Below, piece after piece: positions 1-19,981 of a stretch of DNA of 64,000 nucleotides. Each line of letters opens with the position of its first letter. The stretch's first letter is position 1. The DNA lies in assembly GCF_009914755.1 (NCBI RefSeq), contig NC_060935.1; one strand, given 5' to 3'. A program made the position numbers and the translations under genes. The stretch is from the human T2T-CHM13v2.0 reference genome, Homo sapiens. The notes below the pieces were generated by a model that was given only the letters and a program-made list of their open reading frames with translations, was not told the origin of the DNA and did no database searches.

Positions 1-46
1 AAAAAACAATAAGAAGAAAACAACTAAGTATGGAAAATGGGCAAAA

Positions 47-690
47 TATTTATTATTTATTTTGTTATTTATTTTATTAATTTTTATTTCAATAGCTTTT
101 GGGGTACAAGTGATTTTTTTGTTACATCGATGAATTCTATGGTGGTGAATTCTGAGATTTTGGTGCACGTGTCACCTGAGTAGTGTACATCGTACCTAAA
201 AGTGTCATTTTAAAAATCTCCAGCCCCCTCTCGCCGCCCCTCTTCTGAGTCTCTGAAGTCCGTTACATCACTCTGTATGCCTCTGTATACTCACAGCTTA
301 GCTCTCACTTAAAAGTGAGAACATACGGTTTTTTATTTTCCACTCCTGTGTTACTTCACTTAGAATAATGGCCTCCAGCTCCATCTAAGTTGATGCAAAA
401 GGCATTATTTTGCTCCGTTTTTATGGCTGAGCAGTATTCCATGGTGTATCTGTGCCGCATTTTCTTTAGCCACTCGTTAGTCGATGGGCACTTAGGTTGG
501 TTCCAGATCTTTGCAATTGTGAACTGTGCTGGAATAAACATACCCGTGCAAGGGTCTTTTTCATAGAATGACTTCTTTTCCTTTGGGTAGATACCCAGGA
601 GTGGGATTGCTGGATCGAATGGTAGGTCTACTTTTAGCTCTGTAAGGAATCTCCACACTGTTTTCCATAGAGGTTACACTGATTTACATT
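47..690 (-). mobile_element. 5'-truncated L1 (L1PB-like 3' end)
   Basis: ORF 356..658 translates as degenerate ORF2p C-terminus ([11 protein letters not shown]...IAKIWNQPKCPS); T-rich tail; TSD AAAATGGGCAAAA at 34-46 and 692-704. Confidence 0.85.
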
Positions 691-706
691 AAAAATGGGC
701 AAAAGG

Positions 707-1775
<1,069 letters not shown>

Positions 1776-1785
1776 TGTTACCTCA

Positions 1786-2103
<318 letters not shown>

Positions 2104-3564
2104 TAATAGGGGAAATACGTCCCATCCCAAGTGTGTCCCTGGCCCCTCCTGGTCCTTGCCAGCTGGTTCTTGGGAGTCTTCAGGTGTGTTGTGTCTTTCT
2201 CACCTCACCAGGTCCCATCTGTCACTGACCAAGTTAGGCTGGCATTTAACCTCAGTTACCTGGAAGTCAGGTGAAAAGATGAGGGGCAGCTTTCAAAGGG
2301 CACCTGTTGTCCTGTGTGAGAAAGGTTTCAGCAGCTCGCTCAAACGTGACAGCAGTGTTAGCTCTGCCTGGGAAGGGCCGACCTCCCGCTAAGTTCTGAG
2401 AGTCCAGGTGGGTTGCAGAGTCCACATCTTTGGGGACACATATCCGCATGTTTCTGTCTCTGTTTTCAGGGCCTGACTTCACGTCCCTGGTCTTCCTTGG
2501 CTGAGCAGTCCAACCTCTCTGTGACTCTGGGACTGTCACAATCAGGTCATCAGTCTGCCACTCAGCTGGGTCTGCCTTCCATGGAGGCGGGCAGGGGCTT
2601 CTTTGTGAGCTGGCACCAAGCCCCCTGGCTCTGTGCTTAGTCCAGGACTCTTCATTGGCAGCCGTCCATGTTTCATTATCCTTGGGCTGGGCTGCCGTGC
2701 AGCTCAGCGGTGCCACCCAACCCTGCTGACCTTGTTGGCATTGTCCCCTTTTGCTTTGCAAATGCCTACGTCATCGTACTGCCACAGGCCTCTCCTCCAC
2801 CTAGACCTTCCCTGCAAATCATCACCAGCAAAGATTTTAACAATGGGGGCTCCACCTCGTGTCAAGGACTGTCCATGCCCCACCCAACAGCCAGAGGGGT
2901 GGTTCCAGTGCCTCCTGACCAGTAGGTGGGCCCGTCCCAAGTGCTCATCCCAGCACCCGCCTTCTCAGAACACTCTCAGCACTACTTGCTTTCGTCAGGG
3001 GCCTTCTAAGGAGCAGGCCCAAAGATGGGATCAAATGCAGGGGATTTCAGCAGGGAAATGTCTACGTGGAGGAAATGGGGAGGAGCCATAAGGGCTGGGG
3101 GAGCCATGTCCCTGCTGCAAGTGTGACCCTGAATGAAGGGCGAGGGGAAGCAGCATGGGAGACCGCCATGCTATCAAAGAAACATTGGATGAGGCCTCCG
3201 GGGATCCCTACGCCAACGTCTTTCATCAGAGGGGTGTCGGGTCTCCCAGGAGCAAGCCCGCATAGCACCCCAGTCTCTGGAAGCAGCCCATGGCTTTGGC
3301 GTAAATGCGGTGCTGGATGCAGAGTGCACCTGCCGGGGCCTGGGAAAGCCACTGTCTGCACGGCAAAGTCAATTCGTATGCAGGAGAGCAGAACATCACA
3401 ACGAATACACAGCCCACAAGTCCTCTAAGGAACCCAGCACCAACACGGAAAAGGACATAATTTTTCTCAAGGACATGTGACACATTCACAAAAGATTTAC
3501 CGTAAAGTCAGTATTGAAAAATTTGAAAAGATTGAAATCATACGGTGAGTATTCTCTGCAATTA

Positions 3565-4882
<1,318 letters not shown>

Positions 4883-5142
4883 TAAAAATAAAATTAGAAA
4901 ACATGAAAACATCTGAAGGGAAAAATCGAAGCTCATCGTCATAGCATTTTTACACAGATATATACTAGATGAAAGAGCTGCAGAAAATGCTGCCTCTATG
5001 GCCCTCTTGTTTGCTGTTTGTGCACCAGTTAAAACAACTGAGGTTCGCTGGAATATGGTGCATACTTCAGACTGTGGAATATAATATTCTCTGACTAAAA
5101 ACTGTTGCGTTGAGTAAAACAAACAAACAAAAAAGTATTTTT

Positions 5143-5282
5143 TCCCAGCTACTCAGGAGGTTGAAGCACAAGAATCGCTTGAGCCCGGGAGGTGGAGGTT
5201 GCAGTGAGCTAAGATTGTGGCCACTGCACTCCAGCCTGGACGACAGAGTAAGACCCTGCCTCAAAAAAAAAAAAAAAAAAAA
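5143..5282 (+). mobile_element. Alu right-arm fragment
   Basis: cccagctactcaggagg...poly(A). Confidence 0.9.
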
Positions 5283-6063
5283 TTAATGAATTAAGCATTC
5301 GGTGCAAGATATTGGAGAGAGAAGGACATAAATAGGATAGCAAATAAAGCAATAACTATTAAAGGAATTCAAACTAAATTAAAACCTTCCTACAAAGAAA
5401 GCTCCAGGGTCATGTGGCCTCACCAGCTGCTGCACCAAATATAAAATGCAGAGGCAAAAACCCTGTTAAGCAACTCGAGGCCAAGCAGGCCAAATCTTGG
5501 CACCCAAGCCCCAGGGGGGCGGCGGGCACAAGGAAGCCTGGGAGTCCAGCGCACACTTGCTTCTGGAACAAAGAGGCATGACAAAAATAGCAGCGTTTCA
5601 AAACACAAATACACAATGAACATTTTAGGCCCAGTCCAGGCACGCGAGCCTGTTTTAACATTAGACAAAATGTCCAAGAATGTCATTTGCTGCATTAACT
5701 TCCTTGAATACACGAAAGAAAATCACATAAATGATGTAGAAACGTCATTCCATAATATTTCATAGGAATTTAATAAAACGGGGTCATTTCTGCCAGAATG
5801 CATTGTGTAAAATGCAAACCAGCTCAAAAGCAACTGGCAAATAAAGTAATATCAGTATGACACTAGAATTATTCTCCTTTAGACACCTTTCCCCCCAGCA
5901 TATTAATGATGTAAAAGGACTGAGGTAAGCATTTTCACAATTAAGACAGGCGCTTCTCTCCACGCGGGCCATGGCTGGCTTGGTGTCCGCAGGGACTGCT
6001 GCTGCACCTGCCCCGATGAGCCATCTGAAGAAGCTGGGGGCACACATGAAAAGGCTGAGAAGT

Positions 6064-6351
6064 GCTGGGCAAGGTGGCTCACACCTGTAGTCCCAGCACT
6101 CCGGTAGGCTGAGGTGGGCGGATCACCTGAAGTCAGGAGTTCAAGACCAGCCTGGCCAACATGGCGAAACCCCGTCTCTACTAAAAATACAAAAATTAAC
6201 CAGGCGTGGTAGCGGGCGCCTGTAATCCCAGCTACGCAGGAGGTTGAGGCATGAGAATCGCCTGAATCCGGGAGGCAGAGGTTGCAGAGATCGTGCCATT
6301 GCACTCTAGCCTGGGTGACAGAGCGAGACTCTGTCTCCAAAAAAAAAAAAA
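6064..6351 (+). mobile_element. Alu (AluS-like)
   Basis: Full dimeric Alu. Confidence 0.95.
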
Positions 6352-6719
6352 TGCATTTCACCCATGGTGAAAAAAAATCATGAAAATGCCTACAATCTGA
6401 AGCACACGTTTAAATTTGGGAAAATCTGAAGTGAGTGCCTGTCAGGGCCTCTTTGTTGAAATGAGAATCCTGAGCCAGGATTGAAGGCTGAGAAGGGGCA
6501 GTTGACAGGTGCTGGGTGGACGTGATGACGGGGACTGAACTTTGCTAACGCTTGTCATTTACTCCAGTCCCAAAATTACACAGCTTTGGAACAAAACTGC
6601 CGCCCAGATCTATTTTTCCATCAGCTCTGTTAGTTTTTAGTCCATGCTTTCTTTTGCAGAATAAAAAGTCTTTCCTATTTATGGCATTATAGCAAAAATG
6701 TAAATATTAGCATATTATA

Positions 6720-7930
6720 AATGATAGGGAAGTTCTTTAAGTTAATAGAGGATGTCTGCAAATACCCAGAACAAATATCACACAAGTCCTACAAACTTCA
6801 AAGATTTATCTTTGAGATAAGGATTATAAAAGAAAAGCCTGCTATCACCACCTGTTTTACATTGAAATTGAGGTCCTAGAAAATGCAGTTAGTCAAGAAA
6901 AACACATAAAATGTATGTGAATTAGAAAGGAAGAAATAAAACTCTAATTATTCATATGATAAGGTGCCATGATTATATATATAACAAATCCAGATAAAGC
7001 TACAAAACATTATTAAAATAAGAAATGCATTTAGTAAGGATCCTGGCTATATGATTACTCTTTAATAGTCAATAGTATTTCTTCACATTAGTAATAAAAA
7101 CTTAGAAAAGAAAATGTTTCAAATGGTGTGACATTTACAGTAGCATAAAAATCAAATATCTAGAAATAAATTTAACAAACTGTGTAAGACTACACAGAGA
7201 ACAATAAAGCGTTTTTTTTTGGGAGAAATTAAAGAAGGCTTACATAAATGGAAGGTTATAGCATGCTTGGAGATTTGGAAAACCCTTGCCTATTATAAAA
7301 ATATGTAAAGAAAAACTTACATATTATAAAAATGTAAATTCATTAACGGCAAAAACCACAGTTGTTTTTGCACCAGCCTAATATTTGGGGAGAATTTACG
7401 TTTTTACAATGTGTGAGAGTTTTTGTTTACATATGTTTATAATACGTAAGGGTTTTCCAAATCTCCAAGCATGCTATATGGCATACTTTTAATGGCAAAA
7501 ACCGCAATTAATTTTGCACCAACAAAAATATATCTATAGATTTAATCAAAATTCCGATAGGCTTAAAAAAATTTGGATAAACTGGCTCTAAAATTAAGTG
7601 AAAATCTAAAGTAAAATAATTGAGAAATTCTTGGAGAGTGACAATATGAGGGGTGGAGTGGACATGTGGGCTTATTCTCAAGCTACGGTAAGTAAGATGA
7701 TCTGGCATCGGTACAGCAACAGACAGAAGAGCAAATAGAGAGCCGAGCACTAGACCCTGCATCCAGGAACACTTGAGGTCCAGCTAAGGTGTCTCAGCAG
7801 AACAATGAAGAAAGGACGGGTTTTCAAAACAGCAGAGAGGCGGAACTCACCTCTGCCTGTCTCCATGCGCAGGGAGATTATCCATCTAAATGTGAAAAAC
7901 AACATAATAAAGACCCTAGAAGATCATCAA
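6720..7930 (+). mobile_element. Degenerate L1M ORF2 fragment carrying two MADE1 half-elements (7342-7383, 7482-7523)
   Basis: A-rich L1 ORF2-like text. AATGGCAAAAACCGCAATTA.TTTTGCACCAAC matches the MADE1/Hsmar1 terminal inverted repeat. Confidence 0.75.
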
Positions 7931-7939
7931 GGGTGATAT

Positions 7940-8247
7940 CTTTTATTTTATTATTATTATTTTTTTGAGATGGAGTCTTGCTCTTGTCACCCAGGCTGGA
8001 GTGCAGTGGCATCATCTCAGCTCACTGCAACCTCCACCTCCGGGTTCAAGTGATTCTCGTGCTTCAGCCTCCCGAGTAGCTGGGATAACAGGCGCACGCC
8101 ACCACCCCCGGCTAATTTTGTATTTTTAGTAGAGATGGGGTTTCACCATCTTGGCCAGGCTGGTCTCGAACTCTTGACCTCAGGTGATCCACCCACCTTG
8201 GTTTCCCAAAGTGCTGGGATTACAGGTGTGAACCACCGCACCTGGCC
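7940..8247 (-). mobile_element. Alu (AluS-like)
   Basis: Full reverse Alu; approximate TSD GGTGATATCTTTTA / GGTGATCTCCTTTA. Confidence 0.95.
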
Positions 8248-8718
8248 GGTGATCTCCTTTATATCTGGTTAAATCAAGAACTGGTAATAAAGAAAAGGAC
8301 AACCACTGAAGACCCCTGCTTCGTTGAGATGTCGTGTATCACTTTAGGAAACAACGCTACGACCACTAGAAAAAATGCAGATGACAAGTACACACAGGAC
8401 ATTCAAGAGCCATAAAAGCAAAGAAGACTAGAGCAACTCAACTTCCAAAGAATAACCTTTTCTAGATAGTTGCTCTAAATGGCTGATTTTCTCCTGGGGG
8501 CCCATCTTGGGAGAGGGCTGAGGGTTGGGTTTGGCCTGGGTGTTGGGATTCTGCTAGGGGAAGAGAAGCCAGTGGAGACATTGCTGAGTCTCGTGGGGCT
8601 GGAAGGGAGTGGCGGGAGGCGCAGGGCAGAGCCGGTTGTGGCCGCTGGACACTTGTCCAGGTCTAGGGTGGTCCGCAGAGCGGGGATGTTGGGTTGGTAA
8701 CTGTTAAGAGGCTGAGTG

Positions 8719-9170
8719 GGCCAGACGCGGTGGCTCAAGCCTGTAATCCCAGCACTTTGGGAGGCCGAGGCGGGCAGATCACGAGGTCAGTAAATCGAGA
8801 CCATCCTGGCTAGCACGGTGAAACCCGTCTCTACTAAAAGTACAAAAAATTAGCCGGGCGTGGTGGCAGGTGCCTGTAGTCCCAGCTACTCGGGAGGCTG
8901 AGGGAGGAGAATGGCGTGAACCCAGGAGGCAGAGCTTGCAGTGAGCCGAGATGGGGTTTCACCATGTTGGCCAGGTTGGTCTCAAACTCCTGACATCAGG
9001 TGATCCACCCACCTTGGCCTCCCAAAGTGCTGGGAGTACAGGCTTGAGCCAGCGCACCTGGTTTAACCAGATTTAAAAGATATCACCGGCCAGGTGCGCT
9101 GGCTCAGGCCTGTAATTCCAGCTCTGGGCGACAGAGCAAGACTCCGTCTCAAAAAAAAAAAAAAAAAAAA
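8719..9170 (+). mobile_element. AluY-like element with an internal rearranged insertion
   Basis: AluY diagnostics (gagaccatcctggcta, aatggcgtgaaccc); TSD AAGAGGCTGAGTG at 8706-8718 and 9171-9183. Confidence 0.9.
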
Positions 9171-9399
9171 AAGAGGCTGAGTGAACTCCTCTCTTGCGGC
9201 CCCATGATTCGTGAGTCCCTCTGGAGACAGTGGCTTGCCCCCAGTGCTCGAGGCCCCCAGGATTCCCACCCAGATCTCCAGCCAGAGCGAAGAGCAAAGA
9301 GCAAAACCTCTGCCGGGAAGACGGAATCTGCATCCTCTTTCACGGCTTAGGAGAAACATTTAAGGGCTCAGGAGGGTTCTGCCCCAAATCGGTAACAAA

Positions 9400-13990
<4,591 letters not shown>

Positions 13991-14832
13991 TACTAACATT
14001 GCCCCGGAGTTGGTTCAGGTTCTCCGGCAGCAGAACCAGAAGTGAGAAGATCTCCATGTCTGTAATTTACTGGGGACATGCTCCTAGGAAAATGGGGGAA
14101 GGGAAGTAAGATTTCAGGAGAGTGGGGGTTTCTGTGCAGGCCCAGCTTCTGCCTAATCAATGGCAACTCTTGATCATAGATCATAAGTTTATCTTGATGC
14201 AGACAGGGGAGCTTGGCTTTGGGGCTCCAGCCGGAAACAGCAGTGACTAAAGACTGTGAAAGGGATATGAAGTCCAGATACAGGGTCTTCCCAAGTACCA
14301 TCTCAGTCGTGGACTCTTGGAGACAGATGCACACTGAGGCTGGGGGTGGGGCACAGAGGAACAGTGGTATGACCCAAGCAGACCTGGGTGGAGGACCTAC
14401 AGTGTCCTCAGCTCCCCCGACCTCCCACCTCACATCATACACAAAAATTCATCCAAGGTGGAGCACAGACCTAGATCCAAAAGGCAGAACAATAAAGCTA
14501 TTAAGAGAAAAACTTCATGACCCTGAAGTGAGTAAAAAAAAAATAAAGAAAAAAGAAATTAAAAATTAACAGGACATGAAAAACATCAGTCATACAAGAT
14601 AAAAATTATAAATGGAATTTAATAAAAAATAACTTAGTTATCAGAATATAACATTAAGACAGTGAAAAGACAAACTGCAGAGTGAGAGTGTGCCTAATTA
14701 CATTTGTCTGGAATGGTTCCTCAATCTTTCCTTGACGTTCATGACCTCGACACTTCTGATTATAGGCCAGATCTATTCTCACGATCCCTCAGTTTGGGTC
14801 TGCCTGGTGTTTGGCTGTGCGTTTTTGGCAGG

Positions 14833-15181
14833 ATATTAGTCACCTCAGGCTGCCACAGCTAATATGACTGGGTGGCTGAAACAAAAAAAATTATTCTTTC
14901 TCATTTCTGGAGGCTGGAAGTACAAGACCAAGATCAAGGTGCTGGCAGATTTGGGTCCTAGTGAGGGCTCTCTTCCTGGCTTGCAAACGGCCGCCTTGTC
15001 ACTGTGTCTTCACAGGCTGTGGGAGAGAGAGAACAAGCCCTCTGGTGTCTTTTCTCATAAGGACACTAACCTCATCATGGGGGTCCCATCCTCACGACCT
15101 CATCTAACCCTGATCAGCTCCCAGAGGCCCTGCCGTCAATACCATCACAGTGGAGGTGACACAAACATTCAGTCCTTAACC
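14833..15181 (-). mobile_element. MaLR LTR (MLT1B-like)
   Basis: ctggaggctggaag...aagatcaaggtgctggcag...aacattcagtcc pattern. Confidence 0.7.
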
Positions 15182-16529
15182 GGCAGAAATATCACAGAAA
15201 CGACTCCGTTCTTATCAGTGCATCCCATCAGGTGGTGAACAGTTTCAATTTATCTGGTTGTTGATGACATTCACTTTGATCATTTGATCAAGGTGATGCC
15301 TGCTGGGCTTCCCCACCTGTAAAGTTACCTCTGAAGGCATAAAGTCATAAAGTTTCTTTGTGATTGCGATGACTCTTTAGGAAATTTCTTTGGAACTAAA
15401 GATCACTGTGGTTGTTCAACTACCAGTTTATTGATGTATTAACATCAGTGTATTAAACTCGGGTTCCTATTTTATGCAATAAACTGTAATCTTGACTAAC
15501 ATTATTGGCTTTGATGCTCAAGTTGTCTCTGGCGTGGCCGGTGGGAAGCGACTCCTGCGTGTTTTCTGCATGTCCTCGCCCTGGCTCATCCTGCCCCTGA
15601 CCTGTCTCAGCCTGGAATCAGCTGCTTCCCCAGGGAGCCCCGGGTCCTGTCGGTGGTGAGTGGTATTTAGGGGCCAGGGTCTGCCACTGGGGGGTTGCTG
15701 CTTTCAGAGCCTCTTAGAGGAAGGAGCTGGAGAATAAATGGATTCCTCCAACTCCAATCCAACACCACAGGCTGCGTTCTAGTTTCATCCCTTTCAATAT
15801 TTGTCACTCTCTTTGCCCACAGTGAGAAAGCAGACTCCCATTTACTTCAATATCTTTACTTCTTCTACCGACCCCCTGGGTGTAATCACCTCCCTCCCAT
15901 TGCCACTGCCCATCTCCCCGCAGATGCCCTTCTCATCAGGCATGGCTCTGGCCCCCTCCTTGCAGCCCCTCCTCTCCGTGCCCAGCCTCCTGCCCCCCTC
16001 CTCGAGTGCCTTCCCCACAGGGATGCCCCCACATTCTCCTCTCTGTGCAGCTTAGTTCACAATAAAAATTACTAATCACCACTGCTCACTTTCCATTCCC
16101 AGAGCCAGTTTTCTTCCGGAGATATTCTATTCTATGCATTGGAATTACTTATGAATAAATATAAGGCTAATTTCTCTCAGAGATATTACTTGAACCCAAA
16201 GATGTTCATAGTTATTTATTTTATTTTCATATGCATATGAAAATATGTCAGTAGACATTTGAGTTATTTCCCATTGGTGGCATTTATACATAACACTGCA
16301 ATATATAAAAGACATAAATATTATACAGAAAACTACATCAAGCATAAATGTACAACTTAATGACTTTTATAAAGCAAATAGTCATGCAACCACCACCAGC
16401 ATCAGAAAATGGAACCTTCCCAGCAACCCAGAAGTTGCCCCACCTGTGCTCAGATTTGTCAAATGCATCAACGTTTTTCATTATGATCACTCTATTTGTG
16501 TCTTGCCGAGAAAAGCAGTAACCAAATGG

Positions 16530-17630
16530 AAGATGTTGGTAATTGTGACTATATTAAAATTGGAAACTTCTGTCTATAAAAAGATGCCACTAGGAGAGCG
16601 AAGAGGAAAGCCTCCGAGCGGAAGAAATTATCTGCACTGCGTAGAACCATCAGAGGACGTGGACACGCTGTCCTGAGAGAACCCCTAGAATCACGGAGAA
16701 ACTGACAGCCTGGTAGGAAAGAAATGGTCAAGACACTGAAATAGTCATTTCACAAACAGGAAAACCAAATGGCCAGTCTGTGCGCAGAAAAGACGCTCGA
16801 CTTCCTCACCCATCTGGGAAACACAAACCAAACCCACCACGAGATACTACCACATGTTCCCCTGAGTGGCAAAAATTAAAAAAAAAAAAAAAAAAAAAAA
16901 GACTGACAGCAGGTGCACTGGGGAGGAAATGAAACGGTGGGAACACACACTGCTGGGGGAGGCGCAGCCATCTTGGAGGGCGGGCGTCGCCTGCTGAGGT
17001 GGAGGATCAGCAGACTTCATAATTCGGCAATCCCACTACTAAGGATCTGCCCGAGAGACATGGGTTCTGGGGGCCCCGAGCAGCACACACAAGGATGCTT
17101 GCAGCAGTGGTACCCCTAAATGCCAAGACGGAAACCGCCCAAGCGTTTGTCGGTGGTAAAATGGATATGTACGCTGTGGTACATGATGCAATGGATGTCA
17201 GTCTGCAATGAAAATTCATAGGCACCCCAGTGAATCGCCGGGGGTGACTCAGCGCAAAACACCAAGCACAAAAGAGTGCATGGCCCGGTTCCATTCATAA
17301 AAAGTTCCAAAAGTCAGGAGCCTGTTTAACAGATGACGGCGCTGAGGGATGCACTCTTAGGTCGTAAAAATGTACACAAGGACTTGGAATTGATTGCTGG
17401 GTGTTGATCAGTCAGGGTGGTGGGTCCCAGCTGGGAACGAAGGGGTGGTCAGAAGGAGCCCCCGGGGGCTTCCAGGGGTCTGGACAAAGTGCTCTTTCTT
17501 GATATTGTATGGTTAAATTGATGGGTGATTGCTTTGTGAAGATTCATCAAGCTGTACATTTTCAAAAATTTTACTTTTAATTGACTTTGGGCACTATTCT
17601 GTGCGTTATATTTCACATTTAAGAAGTTTT
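16530..17630 (+). mobile_element. Ancient L1ME-like 3' fragment
   Basis: Degenerate L1 3' text (gcaatcccactactaaggat, ccattcataaaagttc). Confidence 0.6.
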
Positions 17631-18439
17631 TGTTTAAAGAAATCCTTTCTTTCCCATAGGTCATGAACAGCCCATTAATTTTGGCTAAAAGTCATCGTTG
17701 CTGCTTTGAAAATAATCGGTTTTCTCTGGCTGCTTTTAAGGCATTTTCCTCTGTGTCTCTGGTGCTGTGCAGTTCCACTGTGATGTACTCAGCCGGGGAT
17801 TTACTGTTCTATCGTGTGGGCTTCACTGGTCTCAAATTGGTGGGTTGATGGAGCTTATCAGCTGTGGGCCATTTTCAGATGCTGTTTCCAGTGACTACTT
17901 CTGCTTCTTCCACCATCACAGCCTCTCTGGCCAGTCTCCCAAGAGCACATCTCCCGTCCTGGCTGCGAGCGGCCCCGACCACCCCTGCAAAGCCTCCAGC
18001 TCAGCAGGTGGATGTGAAGTCGGGGTGGGGAGGAGATTCCTGTCCCTTTTCTGTCTCAGAACAGTTCCCCTCTCCGCCCAGTCCCTGTCAAGGACAGTTC
18101 CTCTCATCCTGAGGTTCAGTGGGCCCTGTGGTTTTGTGGGGTCAGAGACTTCCCTGGCCCCTTGTGCCCCCATCCATCTGAGCTAGTCAGCTGCATGCTA
18201 TGGGAGCAGGAGGACCCCAGGGAGCGTATATTGCTGGTCTCTAAAGCCCCCGTGGGACAGCTGAGCACATGCAATTAGGAAAGAATGTTATGCGGATTTC
18301 CAGTGTCTGGAGAAGAGGCATCAAGCTCCACCACCTGCAGGAATGGGCAGTGGCTTGGCAAGGGCAGGGGAGCCTGGAGAGCTCTGGACCACTGTGGTCA
18401 GGGGAAGGGAGGCTGGGGGATGACCCTATAGCACCTCCT

Positions 18440-19590
18440 CCCCAATGCACACACATCTTACACATGCACACACACACAATACACACATGCAGACATACAC
18501 AACACACACATGCACACAGCCACACGCAGCACATATACACAATACACACATGCACAGTCACATACATGCACACATGTACACAAAACACACACATGTGAAG
18601 ACACACACATGCACATATACATAATACACACATGCACACAGTCACACACACATGCACACAGCCACACACAGCATATACACAATACACACATGCACACACA
18701 TCTTACACATGCACACAGCCACACACAGCACACATACACAATACACACATGCACACAGCCACACACAGCACACACACACAATACACACATGCAGACATAC
18801 ACAACACACACATGCACACAGCCACACGCAGCACATATACACAATACACACGCACACACATCTTACACATGCACACAGCCACACACAGCACATATACACA
18901 ATACACACATGAACAGTCACATACATGCACACATGTACACACAACACACACATGTGCAGTCACACACATGCACATATACATAATACACACATGCACACAG
19001 TCACACACACATGCACACAGCCACACACAGCACATATACACTTATGCACGGCCACACACGTACACACAACACACACACACATACATAGTCACACACATGC
19101 ACACAGTCACAAACATGCACATACAACACATCCACATGCATGCATACACATGTACACACAACACATCCACATGCATGCATACACATGTATACACAACACA
19201 TCCACATGCATGCAGTCACACACACTCACACAAAGCACATTTACACACATGCACACAGTCATACATGCACACCCTTGTACACACAACACACACACATGCA
19301 CACAGGCACACACACATGCACACATAACGTGAATATCACGTGCAGTCACACACATGCAAACACACACACAGTTACATACATTCAAACACATGTGCACATA
19401 ATACATGCATGCATAGAGTCACACACACATGCAGTCACACACAACACATACATGCACACAGTCACACAGAAGCAGTCACACACACATGCACCACATACAC
19501 AGACAAAAGCACACAGGCACACACACTACACACACACACGAACACATATGCACACAGTCTCACACACACACACACACACACACAGATGCA
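18440..19590. repeat. Compound (CA)-rich simple repeat/minisatellite, ~1.1 kb
   Basis: Recurrent units such as cacatgcacacagccacacacagcacatatacacaata. Confidence 0.95.
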
Positions 19591-19629
19591 CAGTGAGGCT
19601 CAGCCTTTACAGTCCCCTCAGTCTTGATC

Positions 19630-19795
19630 CTTTATTTATTTATTTATTGAGACAGGGTCTCACTCTGTCACCCAGGCTGGAGTGCAGTGGTGCAATCACG
19701 GCTCACTGCAGCCTTGAGCTCCTGGGCACAAGCAATCCTCCTGCCTCAGTCTCCCAAAGCACTGGGATTATAAGCATGAGCCACTGAGCCAAGCC
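19630..19795 (-). mobile_element. FLAM/Alu monomer
   Basis: Single-arm Alu with a (TTTA)n tail. Confidence 0.85.
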
Positions 19796-19975
19796 CCAAT
19801 CCTTTTAAACTGGCCTGTTGGGCTGGGGTCCCAAGGGCAGTGACCAGGGCAGCATGGGGAGAGGGGAGGGTAGGGAAAGTCACCTGACTCCCCAAAGATG
19901 CACAAATATATGGAGGCACACAGGGAGAAGGACAGAGAGAGTGAGAGGGGGATTGATTCTTTCGTTCGTACAATG

Positions 19976-19981
19976 TTTATT
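19976..19981 (-). terminator. IFITM10: IFITM10 poly(A) signal AATAAA (3'UTR ~19960-22826)
   Basis: First minus-strand AATAAA seen after the stop codon; lies in an L2 3'-end-like sequence. Confidence 0.7.

Noticed and set aside
7342-7523. Possible miR-548-type miRNA gene
   Set aside because: The two MADE1 halves are in the same orientation and do not pair with each other, so there is no intact MADE1 hairpin.
18241-19787. Many long His/Thr- or Cys/Val-rich ORFs (up to 231 aa), superficially like keratin-associated proteins
   Set aside because: They are translations of the (CA)n array, open in several frames on both strands, and lack CCKP/GCGS motifs.
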